Source: an uncultured Alphaproteobacteria bacterium
GTDB lineage: Bacteria; Pseudomonadota; Alphaproteobacteria; Rs-D84
Length of the DNA: 64,000 bases
Assembly: GCA_949878575.1 (NCBI GenBank)
Contig: CATLAX010000001.1
Span: 202,752 to 266,751 of the forward strand
Reading direction: 5' to 3'
Below are positions 1-8,816 of this stretch, in pieces; position 1 is the stretch's first letter, and the number at the start of each line of letters is the position of its first letter. The translations under genes were made by a program, and so were the position numbers. A model generated the notes under the pieces. That model saw only the letters and a program-made list of their open reading frames with translations, was not told the origin of the DNA and searched no databases.

Positions 1-117
1 GCGCGGAATGCGCATGTTTATTACGCAATCCGATTTGTTAAAGGTCTTGTATGCGGCGTACTCCTTTAACAGGGTTTCCATGTTCATAATAAACAATTGT
101 TGCATCACGTTGGGCAT
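1..117 (-). CDS. possible 5-prime end of an unidentified gene running off the window start
   Basis: ATG at 117-115 opens a frame with no stop down to position 1 (MPNVMQQLFIMNMETLLKEYAAYK...). Only 39 codons are visible and there is no recognisable motif. Confidence 0.25.
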   Translation of the reverse strand, partial: MPNVMQQLFIMNMETLLKEYAAYKTFNKSDCVINMRIPR

Positions 118-428
118 AGGCAATCCTCTATACCGACGGCAATACCGCCGTCTTTACAAGTGACTATAACATTGTATTGTCGTTTGTCAATACAAATGTA
201 AATGCCGTGGTATGTGCCGATGTGATGGCGGTTGTGTGTATGTTTGTGTTGTATGGTGTGTTATGATCATGCCGGGTATGTTTTTTGTTGGTTCGTTTTT
301 TTGTTTGCCGGGTGAATTTTGTCGTGAATTTTTTTGTGTTGCCGGATTGGCGGACTTGCTTTTTGTTTGTGATGCGGCTAAAATTAATCAAATATTTTAT
401 ATATTCACACAGGAACAGGGGACAAATC

Positions 429-1742
429 ATGCTGAAAAAAATTATACTTGCATGCGTGTTTATTATATGCGCCGGCACCGCCCGGGCAGAGTTAAAGGTG
501 GATATTATCGCCGGTGCCGCGTCGCCGATACCGGTCGCCATTCAAAAGTTTGAGGTGGCGTCTGGCGCGGGCGCGCGCGATGCCGCCATGATACGCGAGG
601 TTGTGGAAAAAGACCTGAAATCAACGGGGCTGTTCCGTATTGTAAATCATGACGCGTTTCCGGAGTTTGTAAAAATGGGGGAAATGCCGAATTTCAAATC
701 ATGGATGGCGATAAAGACGCAGGTTCTGGTGCAAAGCAAACTGTCCATGGAAGACGGCAAGTATAAGCTGGAATTTTATGTCTGGGATGTCAACGGCAAG
801 GAACAGATAGAGGCCCAGTCGCTGGTGGCGTCAAAAAAATCCGCGCGTCGTCTGGCACATATCATGGCCGATGCGATATATGAGCGCTTAACCGGGGAAA
901 TCGGATATTTTGACACGCAGATAGTGTTTATCGCCGAAACGGGGCCGATTAAAAACCGTGTAAAGCGCATGGCCATCATGGATCAGGACGGCTACGGCCT
1001 GCGCTATCTGTCGGACAAGAAAACCTTTGTTATGTCGCCGCATTTTTCACCAAATATGCAGTCGGTTGTTTTCCTGTCGTATCGTGATGACGATCCGATG
1101 GTCTGGACGCTGGATTTGGATACGGGGGCGGCGCGCAGACTGGGGCAGTTTGGCGGAATGAATTTTGCGCCGCGATTCTCGCCGGATGGAAAAAGAATTG
1201 CGCTGTCTTTGGTCAAAGGCGGAATAACGCATATATACGAGTATGATATAGAATCAAAGACACTGCGTCAGCTGACCTTTGGCAATTCGTTGAACACCAG
1301 TCCGTCTTATTCACCGGACGGCAAAAAGCTGGCGTTTAATTCCGACCGTTCGGGGCGCCAGCAGATTCATGTGCTTGACCTGGCCACGGGTACGGAAGAG
1401 CGGATTACATACGGCAACGGCCGCTATGCCACGCCGGCATGGTCGCCGGACGGCCAGTTTATTGCGTTTACCAAAATGGCGGACGATACGTTTTATGTAG
1501 GCATCATGGATCCGCGCGGCCGTAATGAAAAGATTCTGGCCGGCGGTTGGTTTATGGAGGCCCCGTCATGGGCGCCGGGCAGCCGTCGTCTGGTTTACTA
1601 TGAAACGGAAAAGGCGCTGGACGGGATAGAGCGCACCAGCCATATCCGCAGTGTGGATATTACCGGGCAAAACGTATATGATATAGAGCTGCCGGATAAT
1701 GTAAACGGACTGGAACCGACATGGTCGCCTAAATTGCCATAG
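429..1742 (+). CDS. tolB: TolB, periplasmic beta-propeller component of the Tol-Pal system
   Basis: Internal ATG at 429 is preceded by AGGGGA and starts a signal peptide MLKKIILACVFIICAGTARA. Repeated beta-propeller units (FSPDGKRIA, YSPDGKKLAF, WSPDGQFIAF, SWAPGSRRLVY) are typical of TolB. Confidence 0.92.
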   Translation: MLKKIILACVFIICAGTARAELKVDIIAGAASPIPVAIQKFEVASGAGARDAAMIREVVEKDLKSTGLFRIVNHDAFPEFVKMGEMPNFKSWMAIKTQVLVQSKLSMEDGKYKLEFYVWDVNGKEQIEAQSLVASKKSARRLAHIMADAIYERLTGEIGYFDTQIVFIAETGPIKNRVKRMAIMDQDGYGLRYLSDKKTFVMSPHFSPNMQSVVFLSYRDDDPMVWTLDLDTGAARRLGQFGGMNFAPRFSPDGKRIALSLVKGGITHIYEYDIESKTLRQLTFGNSLNTSPSYSPDGKKLAFNSDRSGRQQIHVLDLATGTEERITYGNGRYATPAWSPDGQFIAFTKMADDTFYVGIMDPRGRNEKILAGGWFMEAPSWAPGSRRLVYYETEKALDGIERTSHIRSVDITGQNVYDIELPDNVNGLEPTWSPKLP

Positions 1743-1757
1743 TGCAGGGCGGGGCGG

Positions 1758-2168
1758 ATGAAAAAGTGTATATCGTTCTTGGCAATGATTTTTGTCGCCG
1801 GTTCGGTGCATGCCGCGCCGGCGGTTGTTGACTATATATTTGACGGTGATACCTTTGCCGCATATGTGCAGCTGCAGGACGATGTTCGGATTTCCGTTCG
1901 GGTGCGCTTAATGAATGTTGACACGCCGGAACTGCACGGCGAATGCGAGTATGAGATAACGCGTGCAAACATGGCGCGCGAACGTTTGGCGGAACTGATT
2001 CCGGTCGGCAGTGTGGTTGAGCTGTCCAAAATAAAAGATGACAAATATCTGGGCCGGATAGACGCGTACGTTAAAACCCCGGATGGGCGCGATGTTGGCG
2101 AAATATTGATTTCAGAAAAATTGGGCCGGCCGTATAAGGGCGGCCGGCGTGCGGGCTGGTGTGAATAG
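1758..2168 (+). CDS. secreted staphylococcal-nuclease-like (thermonuclease/SNase fold) protein
   Basis: Signal peptide MKKCISFLAMIFVAGSVHA. SNase-type motifs DGDTF and RLMNVDTPE, plus KYLGRIDAYV. Confidence 0.75.
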   Translation: MKKCISFLAMIFVAGSVHAAPAVVDYIFDGDTFAAYVQLQDDVRISVRVRLMNVDTPELHGECEYEITRANMARERLAELIPVGSVVELSKIKDDKYLGRIDAYVKTPDGRDVGEILISEKLGRPYKGGRRAGWCE

Positions 2169-2433
2169 CTGTTTATCCATATAAGGGTGCGCGTTTCGTC
2201 GGCGTCACTCTCTGGCCTGCCTATTGAAACGGTGTTTGAATTTTTTTCTATTTCGTTTTTTACGGCTTTGGCTGTTGGGATTGTCTTGTTTTCATTTTCC
2301 GTTGACTGGTTAATCGTTTGTAACGATTGTCAGCTTGTTTTTTATATAACCCGGTTCGTTTGCTGATGCATTGCGTTATAAGAGAGGTTTTAAGTCTTTG
2401 TCCGGGTGCACCGGATGCATTCAAAAATGCTTA

Positions 2434-2473
2434 ACTAGTAAAAAATCCGCATTATGCGGATTTTTTACTAGTT
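2434..2473. terminator. bidirectional rho-independent terminator (long palindrome) between the nuclease gene and plsC
   Basis: actagtaaaaaatccgcat t atgcggattttttactagt: 19-nt inverted arms with A/T runs on both sides. Confidence 0.7.
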
Positions 2474-3179
2474 ATGCGCTGTGTTCATTTATTGCATCGC
2501 GTATTTCATCCAGTGACGCGTTGCACGGCAACAGTGGTTCAAAATATACGTTTGCCGTGCCCGGTTTCATTTTACCGCGTTTTGGCCAGTACAGGCCGGC
2601 GTCTGTTCCAACCGGCATTATCGGCAGTTTTAACTGATGTGCCAGGTATAACAGGCCGCGTTTTAACGCCGGGCGGCTGCCTGGTTTTACACGTGTTCCT
2701 TCGGGGAATATAACCAAAACCTGGCCGTTCATTATTTTTTTTGCAACAGCGTTTGCCAGCTTGTTCATGTTTGTTTTTCCGCGTGTGCGGTTTACAGGCT
2801 GCAGTCCCATGCGCCAGAACGCCCAACCGTAAATCGGAATCCACAGCAGTTCGCGCTTTATTATAAAGAATGAATTCGGAATGTTTGTGGATAAAATCGC
2901 AACCTCCAGCATGGACATGTGTTTTGCGGCAATAATGGCCTTGCCGTCCAGACGTATGTTTTCGTTCGGCTTTAACGGCACGCCGTTTTCTTCCAGCGGG
3001 GGATAGTGTATTTCATACTTTATTCCCGCAATCAGCCGCGCCAGCAACAGGACGCCGCGTGCGTCCGTTATCACAAAAAAATCGTTCAGGCGTTTGTTTA
3101 CCAGTCCTATTAGCAACAGCGGCGACCACAGCAGAAAATAAATTGCCAGAACCGTCTTAAACAAAATTGTACGAAACAT
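2472..3179 (-). CDS. plsC: 1-acyl-sn-glycerol-3-phosphate acyltransferase
   Basis: N-terminal TM helix. Acyltransferase blocks AAKHMSMLE (HX4D-like position) and VIFPEGTR. Confidence 0.85.
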   Translation of the reverse strand: MFRTILFKTVLAIYFLLWSPLLLIGLVNKRLNDFFVITDARGVLLLARLIAGIKYEIHYPPLEENGVPLKPNENIRLDGKAIIAAKHMSMLEVAILSTNIPNSFFIIKRELLWIPIYGWAFWRMGLQPVNRTRGKTNMNKLANAVAKKIMNGQVLVIFPEGTRVKPGSRPALKRGLLYLAHQLKLPIMPVGTDAGLYWPKRGKMKPGTANVYFEPLLPCNASLDEIRDAINEHSA

Positions 3180-3189
3180 TTTTACCCTT

Positions 3190-3699
3190 TTACTCTTTTA
3201 TTCCGAACATTGTTACAATGTATTTTACATATTCTGTTGCCCAACGTTCAAGTCTTTTCGCCGCCGGCATGTCTGTTAAGCGCACGGGGCAGGCGACAAC
3301 CTCAACCTCCGGCAGTTCCTGGCGTACCAGGTATTGTGCGCGGTTCATGTGATCTTCTGTAGTGACAAGCACAATCCTGTCCAGGCCTGTTTTTTGTGCG
3401 ATGTCGCGAATTGCAACCGCGTTTTGATATGTGGATTTCGAATCGGATTCCACCGTTACCTTGCGCGCCGTTTCATAGGAACCCTGGGCGCCGGCGCCGA
3501 TAATGTACAGGTCCGCGTCCGGGTATTTGCGCATTTGCCGCATGGCGAACGGAATACGGCGCGCGTCACCGGTCAGAACAAATATGCTGTCGTCCGGCAT
3601 TATTGTTCCGCATGCAGGCGGCGTCATTGACTTGAACATCATTCCGCCCAAGACAAACAGTGCAACAATTAGAAAAGACGGTGTAAAAAATCTTATCAT
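3190..3699 (-). CDS. DUF218 (YdcF/ElyC-like) membrane-anchored protein
   Basis: MIRFFTPSFLIVALFVLGGMMF TM anchor. DUF218-like blocks FVLTGD, LYIIGAG, KSTYQNAV and IVLVTTEDHMNRA. The ATG at 3699 overlaps the ftsX stop (ATGA). Confidence 0.7.
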   Translation of the reverse strand: MIRFFTPSFLIVALFVLGGMMFKSMTPPACGTIMPDDSIFVLTGDARRIPFAMRQMRKYPDADLYIIGAGAQGSYETARKVTVESDSKSTYQNAVAIRDIAQKTGLDRIVLVTTEDHMNRAQYLVRQELPEVEVVACPVRLTDMPAAKRLERWATEYVKYIVTMFGIKE

Positions 3700-4535
3700 G
3701 TGTTCTGCAGCATTTTTAGTGTGGTGCGGCGTGTAATCCATATTGCGAATACTGTTATACCAACCGGCATCAGTGCCAGTACTATCCACGCCGCGGCCCC
3801 CAGCCCCATCATAGCCATTAGGCCGACGCGCGCATGATGCGCCGCCGACAGTATCAGCAGCAATACCGGCGCCGCGGCGACAAAACCCGCAAATGCGGCG
3901 GTAATGGAAATTTTTCCGACGATTATCTGCATCTGGCGGGCGACAAAGTCGTCGCGTGCGCCAACCTGGTTTAAAATTTCCAGTTCACGCCGGTGCAGCT
4001 GCGCCGTGTTTCGGGCGATAAACGATATGCATACCGTAATCGCGCCCAGGGCCATGGCCAGAATCAGGCCGGCGATTCCGATCATGCGCCATCCGGCGCC
4101 GGTCGCACCGCGCAACGCTGACGCGTGCGACAAAAACCGTGCGTTGCCCGCAAATTTGTCCGCCAGGAATTTCATGTCCGATTTTTTATTAACCTTTACC
4201 TCATACATTTCCGGCAGATAGTTTTTCATTGCCGCGCCGCCGCCGGATATCCACGGCGACATCAATTCCGTCATTTCATCCGCGGAAACTTTTTTTATGG
4301 AGGCTATTTTGTCCTTGTTCGCATTTAGAATTTTCTGGGCGGTGTCCGCACTTTGGCCAGGCATTACCTGCACGGTCGCCATTAATTCCCACTGGTTGTT
4401 CCAACGGGCGACGCCGCTGCCGATGGCGATTGCAACCCCCAGGGCTATAACCGATAAAAACGTCAGCAGTGCCATAATGGCCGTCATAAACGCCGACTGT
4501 TCACGAACCAGAGAAAATACAACGGGTGTTTTCAT
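3696..4535 (-). CDS. ftsX: cell-division ABC transporter permease FtsX
   Basis: Four hydrophobic segments with a large first periplasmic loop. It directly follows and overlaps ftsE. Confidence 0.85.
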   Translation of the reverse strand: MKTPVVFSLVREQSAFMTAIMALLTFLSVIALGVAIAIGSGVARWNNQWELMATVQVMPGQSADTAQKILNANKDKIASIKKVSADEMTELMSPWISGGGAAMKNYLPEMYEVKVNKKSDMKFLADKFAGNARFLSHASALRGATGAGWRMIGIAGLILAMALGAITVCISFIARNTAQLHRRELEILNQVGARDDFVARQMQIIVGKISITAAFAGFVAAAPVLLLILSAAHHARVGLMAMMGLGAAAWIVLALMPVGITVFAIWITRRTTLKMLQNT

Positions 4536-5323
4536 TACGCGTTCCCAATATCGTCAAATTGTTTTGATAATTCTGCAAAATAATTCTGGGGTTTGGGGCC
4601 CTTCCATACTTTGGCGGATTCGCCCTTGGCCGGTTTGGTGGGGGCGTTGACCACAAATCCGACACGGTGATTTTCAACCTTTATAACCGGGAACTTATAC
4701 GTATCCATCAGTTTATGGTTATGGGTTGCCAAAATAACCGTTGTGCCGAACAGGCGGTTCATCTGAATAAACAGTTCCATTAAGCGCGATGCGTTTTCAT
4801 CGTCCAGATTTCCTGTGGGTTCGTCGGCCAGCAGAATGGACGGCTGTACTATGATTGCACGTGCGACCGATACGCGCTGCTGTTGGCCGCCGGACAGCGA
4901 CCGCGGATCTGCATCCGCATACTTGCCAAGGCCGACCCATTCCAAAACCTTTGCCACCAGCTTTTTTATCTTTGCCTCTGGCAGGCCGCGCACACGCAGT
5001 GGCAGTGCAATATTGTCAAACACCGTCAGGTGCGACAACAGGGAATATTCCTGAAAAACTATTGCCATTTTTTGACGCAGTGCCGCAATTTCATCACGCG
5101 AAATTCCATCTGTTGGTTTTCCGAACAGTTTTATCTGACCGGCCGACGGCGCGTGCAGCTGGTATATAAGCCGCAACAGTGTCGTTTTACCCGCGCCGGA
5201 TGCCCCGGACAGAAAATAAAACGCGCCTGCGCTGATGTTAAATGATACGTCTGTCAAAACATCGGCGCCGTGTTCATACCTGGCGGCGACATTTGCAAAA
5301 GATATAGCGGTATTGTCTTCCAT
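4535..5323 (-). CDS. ftsE: cell-division ATP-binding protein FtsE, with a ~50-aa C-terminal extension
   Basis: Walker A GASGAGKTTLL, signature LSGGQQQRVSVARA, Walker B ILLADEPTGNLD. Start is uncertain: ATG at 5323 is preferred, TTG at 5359 is possible. Confidence 0.9.
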   Translation of the reverse strand: MEDNTAISFANVAARYEHGADVLTDVSFNISAGAFYFLSGASGAGKTTLLRLIYQLHAPSAGQIKLFGKPTDGISRDEIAALRQKMAIVFQEYSLLSHLTVFDNIALPLRVRGLPEAKIKKLVAKVLEWVGLGKYADADPRSLSGGQQQRVSVARAIIVQPSILLADEPTGNLDDENASRLMELFIQMNRLFGTTVILATHNHKLMDTYKFPVIKVENHRVGFVVNAPTKPAKGESAKVWKGPKPQNYFAELSKQFDDIGNA

Positions 5324-5370
5324 GATTCGGATGGTAGTAAAATTTTTTATTAGGGTCAAGGGTGCGATAA

Positions 5371-5396
5371 AAAAATCCCCCGTCGGGGGATTTTAT
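5371..5396 (-). terminator. rho-independent terminator overlapping the pal stop codon
   Basis: aaaaatcccccgtcgggggatttt. GC stem followed on the minus strand by a T-run. Confidence 0.6.
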
Positions 5397-5797
5397 TTGT
5401 CAACACGGGTCGTGGTATTGCGGTTTTTTGCCCATACCTCTTCGCCTGTGCCAAAATACTGCGGGCGTTCCTTGCCGTATGATATTGTTTTCACGCGTGA
5501 CGGTTCAATTCCATCCTTGGTCAGCACGTGCGCCGCGTTGCCCGCACGCAATGCCCCCAGTGCCAGATTGTATTCCGTTGAGCCGCGTTCGTCACAGTGA
5601 CCTTCCATGGTGACGTTTATGTCTGGATGCTTTTTCATGTACAGCGCCTGGCCCTGCAGGTTGCGTGCCATTTCCGGTTGCACTTCGGCGGAATCAAATG
5701 CAAAGAATACTTTTTCTTCATTTAAGTTTGCCGGCATTTTTGTGCCGCCGCATGCGGCCAGTGTCAGTACGCCCGCTAAAAATAAAAATTTTTTCAT
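5393..5797 (-). CDS. pal: peptidoglycan-associated lipoprotein Pal (OmpA-like C-terminal domain)
   Basis: Lipobox LTLAAC|GG. OmpA-like blocks FAFDSAEV, GHCDERGSTEYNLALGALRA and ISYGKERP. Confidence 0.92.
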   Translation of the reverse strand: MKKFLFLAGVLTLAACGGTKMPANLNEEKVFFAFDSAEVQPEMARNLQGQALYMKKHPDINVTMEGHCDERGSTEYNLALGALRAGNAAHVLTKDGIEPSRVKTISYGKERPQYFGTGEEVWAKNRNTTTRVDK

Positions 5798-5938
5798 GAT
5801 TTTTATCCTTTTCTACACATGTAAACAGTACGTTAATAACTTAGCAAAAAAATAAAAATCATGTCAATAAATGTTTTTGTTTTTGGATGAGGGCGTTTTT
5901 TATGATATACTATAGGAAAAATTGGAGGGAAATCAATT

Positions 5939-6673
5939 ATGCAAAAGTTAGTAAGTTTGAGTGTGATGATGGCTTTGATTGCGGCACCTGCGTTTGCGGC
6001 GCCCGGAAATGCCGTGCCGAGCCATATTTCCAAAGATGGCCGCGGTGGTTATGATGTTACGTACAGTTATAAGGACAAGACGAAAACCGGATGGTATATA
6101 ACCGGCCGGGCAGAGCTTAGCTTGCTAAACTTTAAAAACAAATACAGTGCGGATGAGCGCTGGATGGCGGATGAAAGCCATAACGAGGACAAATATTCGT
6201 TTGAACCGGTGTTTGGCGGATCTATTGCGGCCGGTAAAAAAATCAATTATTTCTGGCGTGCCGAACTGGAAGGCGGTTATCTGGGCTATTTCAGCGACGA
6301 AGACGTTGCGGCCAAATTTTCCATTTCAATGCCTTACCTGATGGCAAGCGGATATTATGATTTTACAAACGGTCTGTATGTGGGTGCCGGTGTGGGCGCG
6401 TCGCTGGCCAGTTATAAGATAAGCGGTGATTATTTCAACGGCTATGACAAGAAAAAAACAACGCTGTCGCCGATGGCCGGGCTGATGTTTGGCTGGACGC
6501 ATGCGCTGGATGACAATCTGGTGGTTGATCTGCGTTACCGCTTGGCCGGAATGACGGGTACGGAATTGAAACTGCATTTCCAGGATACGGATGACAACAC
6601 ATACTGGTTTAAATCCAAAACCGGCATGATATTGGACAACTCCGTGTCGCTGGGTATCAGGTATGAGTTTTAG
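5939..6673 (+). CDS. small outer-membrane beta-barrel protein (OmpA/Opa-like barrel family)
   Basis: Signal peptide ending AFA|AP. Alternating hydrophobic beta-strand pattern with aromatic girdles. C-terminal ...LGIRYEF has the terminal Phe typical of BAM substrates. Confidence 0.75.
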   Translation: MQKLVSLSVMMALIAAPAFAAPGNAVPSHISKDGRGGYDVTYSYKDKTKTGWYITGRAELSLLNFKNKYSADERWMADESHNEDKYSFEPVFGGSIAAGKKINYFWRAELEGGYLGYFSDEDVAAKFSISMPYLMASGYYDFTNGLYVGAGVGASLASYKISGDYFNGYDKKKTTLSPMAGLMFGWTHALDDNLVVDLRYRLAGMTGTELKLHFQDTDDNTYWFKSKTGMILDNSVSLGIRYEF

Positions 6674-6685
6674 CACTAAAAGGTG

Positions 6686-6714
6686 TTGACCCGATTCGCG
6701 TAAATTGTTAGCAT
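6686..6714 (+). promoter_or_regulatory. candidate sigma70-type promoter of the fibre-gene array
   Basis: TTGACC, 17 nt, TAGCAT, with TG just upstream of the -10. Lies 19 nt upstream of the F1 ATG. Confidence 0.35.
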
Positions 6715-6732
6715 GTAGGTGTAGAGAGAGTC

Positions 6733-8745
6733 ATGAAATACGAAGTTCAAATATCAAAGCTGGCGATTGTTTGTGTGTTGTGTACGTCGGCTGTGTCCGG
6801 TGCGTTTGCGGCGGCCTCTGTGCGGTCGCTGGGTGGTGCCGGCACGTATTCCGGAACGTCGTCCGCGGCAAATGCGACCGGTGCGCCCAGCAAGGCTATA
6901 AACGCCGTGCGTGCGGGGTCCATGCGCGTGTCGCCGTCGGGCACGTCCGCGAACCGGGCGCCGGCGGGGGGCACGACAACAACCGGGCGTGTTGCAACGT
7001 CACCGCGTTTGTCTATCGGAAAATATTTGGGGGGCGGCACATCGGTCAGCGGTGGCAGTTCCATTAAAAATCAAAAGCCCGGCAGCGGGACGTCAATCAG
7101 CAACGGGGGGAATTCGTCTGTTGATCCCGGCGTGATGAGTGAGCTGGAAGGGCGCGTATCCCATTTAGAAAACAATGTTTATGAACAGCAGGAAATAGAT
7201 TCCCTGTTAAGTGAAAAGCAGGGGGTGTTGTCCGGGGATGAATTCATTATGGTAGAAGATGACCAGATAATGCTAAATGTTGACAAACTGCAGGAAAATT
7301 TGGATGCGGTTGTCGGCAAAGACGGCAAGCAGGTTGTTATTGGGACTAATAAAGACTATATCCTGTGGCAGTATGAGGGTGACGGCGACAAGTGGAACAC
7401 GCTGGTTGCGCTGGAAGATTTGCGCGGTCCGCAGGGATTGCAAGGTCTGCAGGGTGAACAGGGGTTGCAGGGGCCCGCAGGTCCGCAGGGGCCGGCCGGT
7501 GAAAAGGGTGAAAAGGGTGAAAAGGGTGACAAAGGTGACCCGGGCGAGGGCGTGGATACCAGCAAATATTCCACGACCGAGCAGATGAATGAGAAAATTG
7601 CTCTTGCGATTGCTAATGCAAATTATGTCACGCCGGAAGAGATGAACGAGGCATTGGCCGGCAAACTTGATTCAACGGCACTGGCGGGTTATGCAACACA
7701 GTCTTATGTTGAAACCAGTGTGTCAAACGCCACTGAAAACCTGGCGTCTAAGGATGATATTCCGGTTGTTCCGACAAAGGTCAGCGCATTTGAAAACGAT
7801 GCGGGCTATCTGACACAGCATCAGTCGTTGGAAAATCTGGCGACCAAGGCGGAACTGGCGGGCAAGGCGAATGTGGCCGATGTGTACACCAAGACAGATG
7901 TGGATACAAAAATTAAGGATGTTGTTGCCGGCGACATGAGCGATGCTTTAAAAGAATATGCGAAAACGTCTGATGTTACAACAGCGCTGGCGGGCAAGGC
8001 CGATACGTCTGTAACGGACGGTCTGAACACGCGCTTAACCGCGGCAGAGGGTGAAATTTCCGAGATTAACGATTTGGCGACTGATGCGGCCACGGCTGCG
8101 GCCGATGCCTTGACGGCGGCCGGCAATGCCCAGACGACGGCGAATTCTGCGGCCACGACCGCAGAAGGGGCGGCGTCACTGGCCACAACTGCGAAAACTG
8201 CGGCGGATTCTGCCAAAACTGCGGCTGATGCGGCCACAGCGACGGCAAATTCTGCAACCAGTGTTGCGAATGCGGCCAAAACTGCGGCGGACAATGCTGT
8301 GGCCGGGTTGGCGGACAAAGCGGACAAGGCGGATGTTTATAATAAAACCGAATCCGATGACCGCTTTGCGGCAAAGGGCGGCGTTTACACTAAAGCAGAG
8401 GTTGACAAGAAAATTGAGGATGCCGGCATTGGCGATATTAATTTAGAGGAATATGCCAAAACGGATTACGTAAATACGGAACTGGCCAAAAAAGCCGATG
8501 CGTCCGCGCTGGGCTCGTATGCAAAAACGGCGGATTTGGGGGCGTTGGCCACAAAAGACAAAATTGAAGATGCGGATGTTGCGGATGGCGCGGCAATCGC
8601 AAAATCAAAACTGGCCACAGATGTGCAAACATCTTTGACCAGGGCGGACCAAGCGGTAACAGCACAGGATGCTCCACCTGAGGGCGACTATGTTCTGGCG
8701 GTCAGCAATGGTAAAAAGGAATGGTTCCAGGTGGTTGTAGAATAG
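6733..8745 (+). CDS. secreted fibrous protein F1: basic low-complexity N-region, collagen-like G-X-Y tract, Ala/Thr-rich tail-fibre-like shaft
   Basis: Signal peptide ...[10 protein letters not shown]|AA. Contains 14 G-X-Y triplets. Shaft repeats include [26 protein letters not shown]. Shares [21 protein letters not shown] and YSTTEQMN with F3. Confidence 0.85.
   Translation: MKYEVQISKLAIVCVLCTSAVSGAFAAASVRSLGGAGTYSGTSSAANATGAPSKAINAVRAGSMRVSPSGTSANRAPAGGTTTTGRVATSPRLSIGKYLGGGTSVSGGSSIKNQKPGSGTSISNGGNSSVDPGVMSELEGRVSHLENNVYEQQEIDSLLSEKQGVLSGDEFIMVEDDQIMLNVDKLQENLDAVVGKDGKQVVIGTNKDYILWQYEGDGDKWNTLVALEDLRGPQGLQGLQGEQGLQGPAGPQGPAGEKGEKGEKGDKGDPGEGVDTSKYSTTEQMNEKIALAIANANYVTPEEMNEALAGKLDSTALAGYATQSYVETSVSNATENLASKDDIPVVPTKVSAFENDAGYLTQHQSLENLATKAELAGKANVADVYTKTDVDTKIKDVVAGDMSDALKEYAKTSDVTTALAGKADTSVTDGLNTRLTAAEGEISEINDLATDAATAAADALTAAGNAQTTANSAATTAEGAASLATTAKTAADSAKTAADAATATANSATSVANAAKTAADNAVAGLADKADKADVYNKTESDDRFAAKGGVYTKAEVDKKIEDAGIGDINLEEYAKTDYVNTELAKKADASALGSYAKTADLGALATKDKIEDADVADGAAIAKSKLATDVQTSLTRADQAVTAQDAPPEGDYVLAVSNGKKEWFQVVVE
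7426..7551 (+). repeat. collagen-like triple-helix tract (14 uninterrupted G-X-Y triplets) containing a 3x tandem 9-bp unit
   Basis: [42 protein letters not shown]. The unit gaaaagggt is repeated exactly at 7501-7527. Confidence 0.9.
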
Positions 8746-8816
8746 CCATTTCTGCGGTCATTGCTTGTAAAACATAGCCCCTCGGGTCTTAACAAGGGAT
8801 AAGGAAAGGAAAACAA

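Noticed and set aside
164-553. ORFs 164-541 (-) and 212-553 (+) in the region upstream of tolB
   Set aside because: Both lie in the G+T-rich low-complexity tract and overlap each other and the tolB start. Their translations are compositionally absurd (Cys/Val/Phe or Thr/Asn/Lys runs). They are treated as artefacts of the biased sequence.
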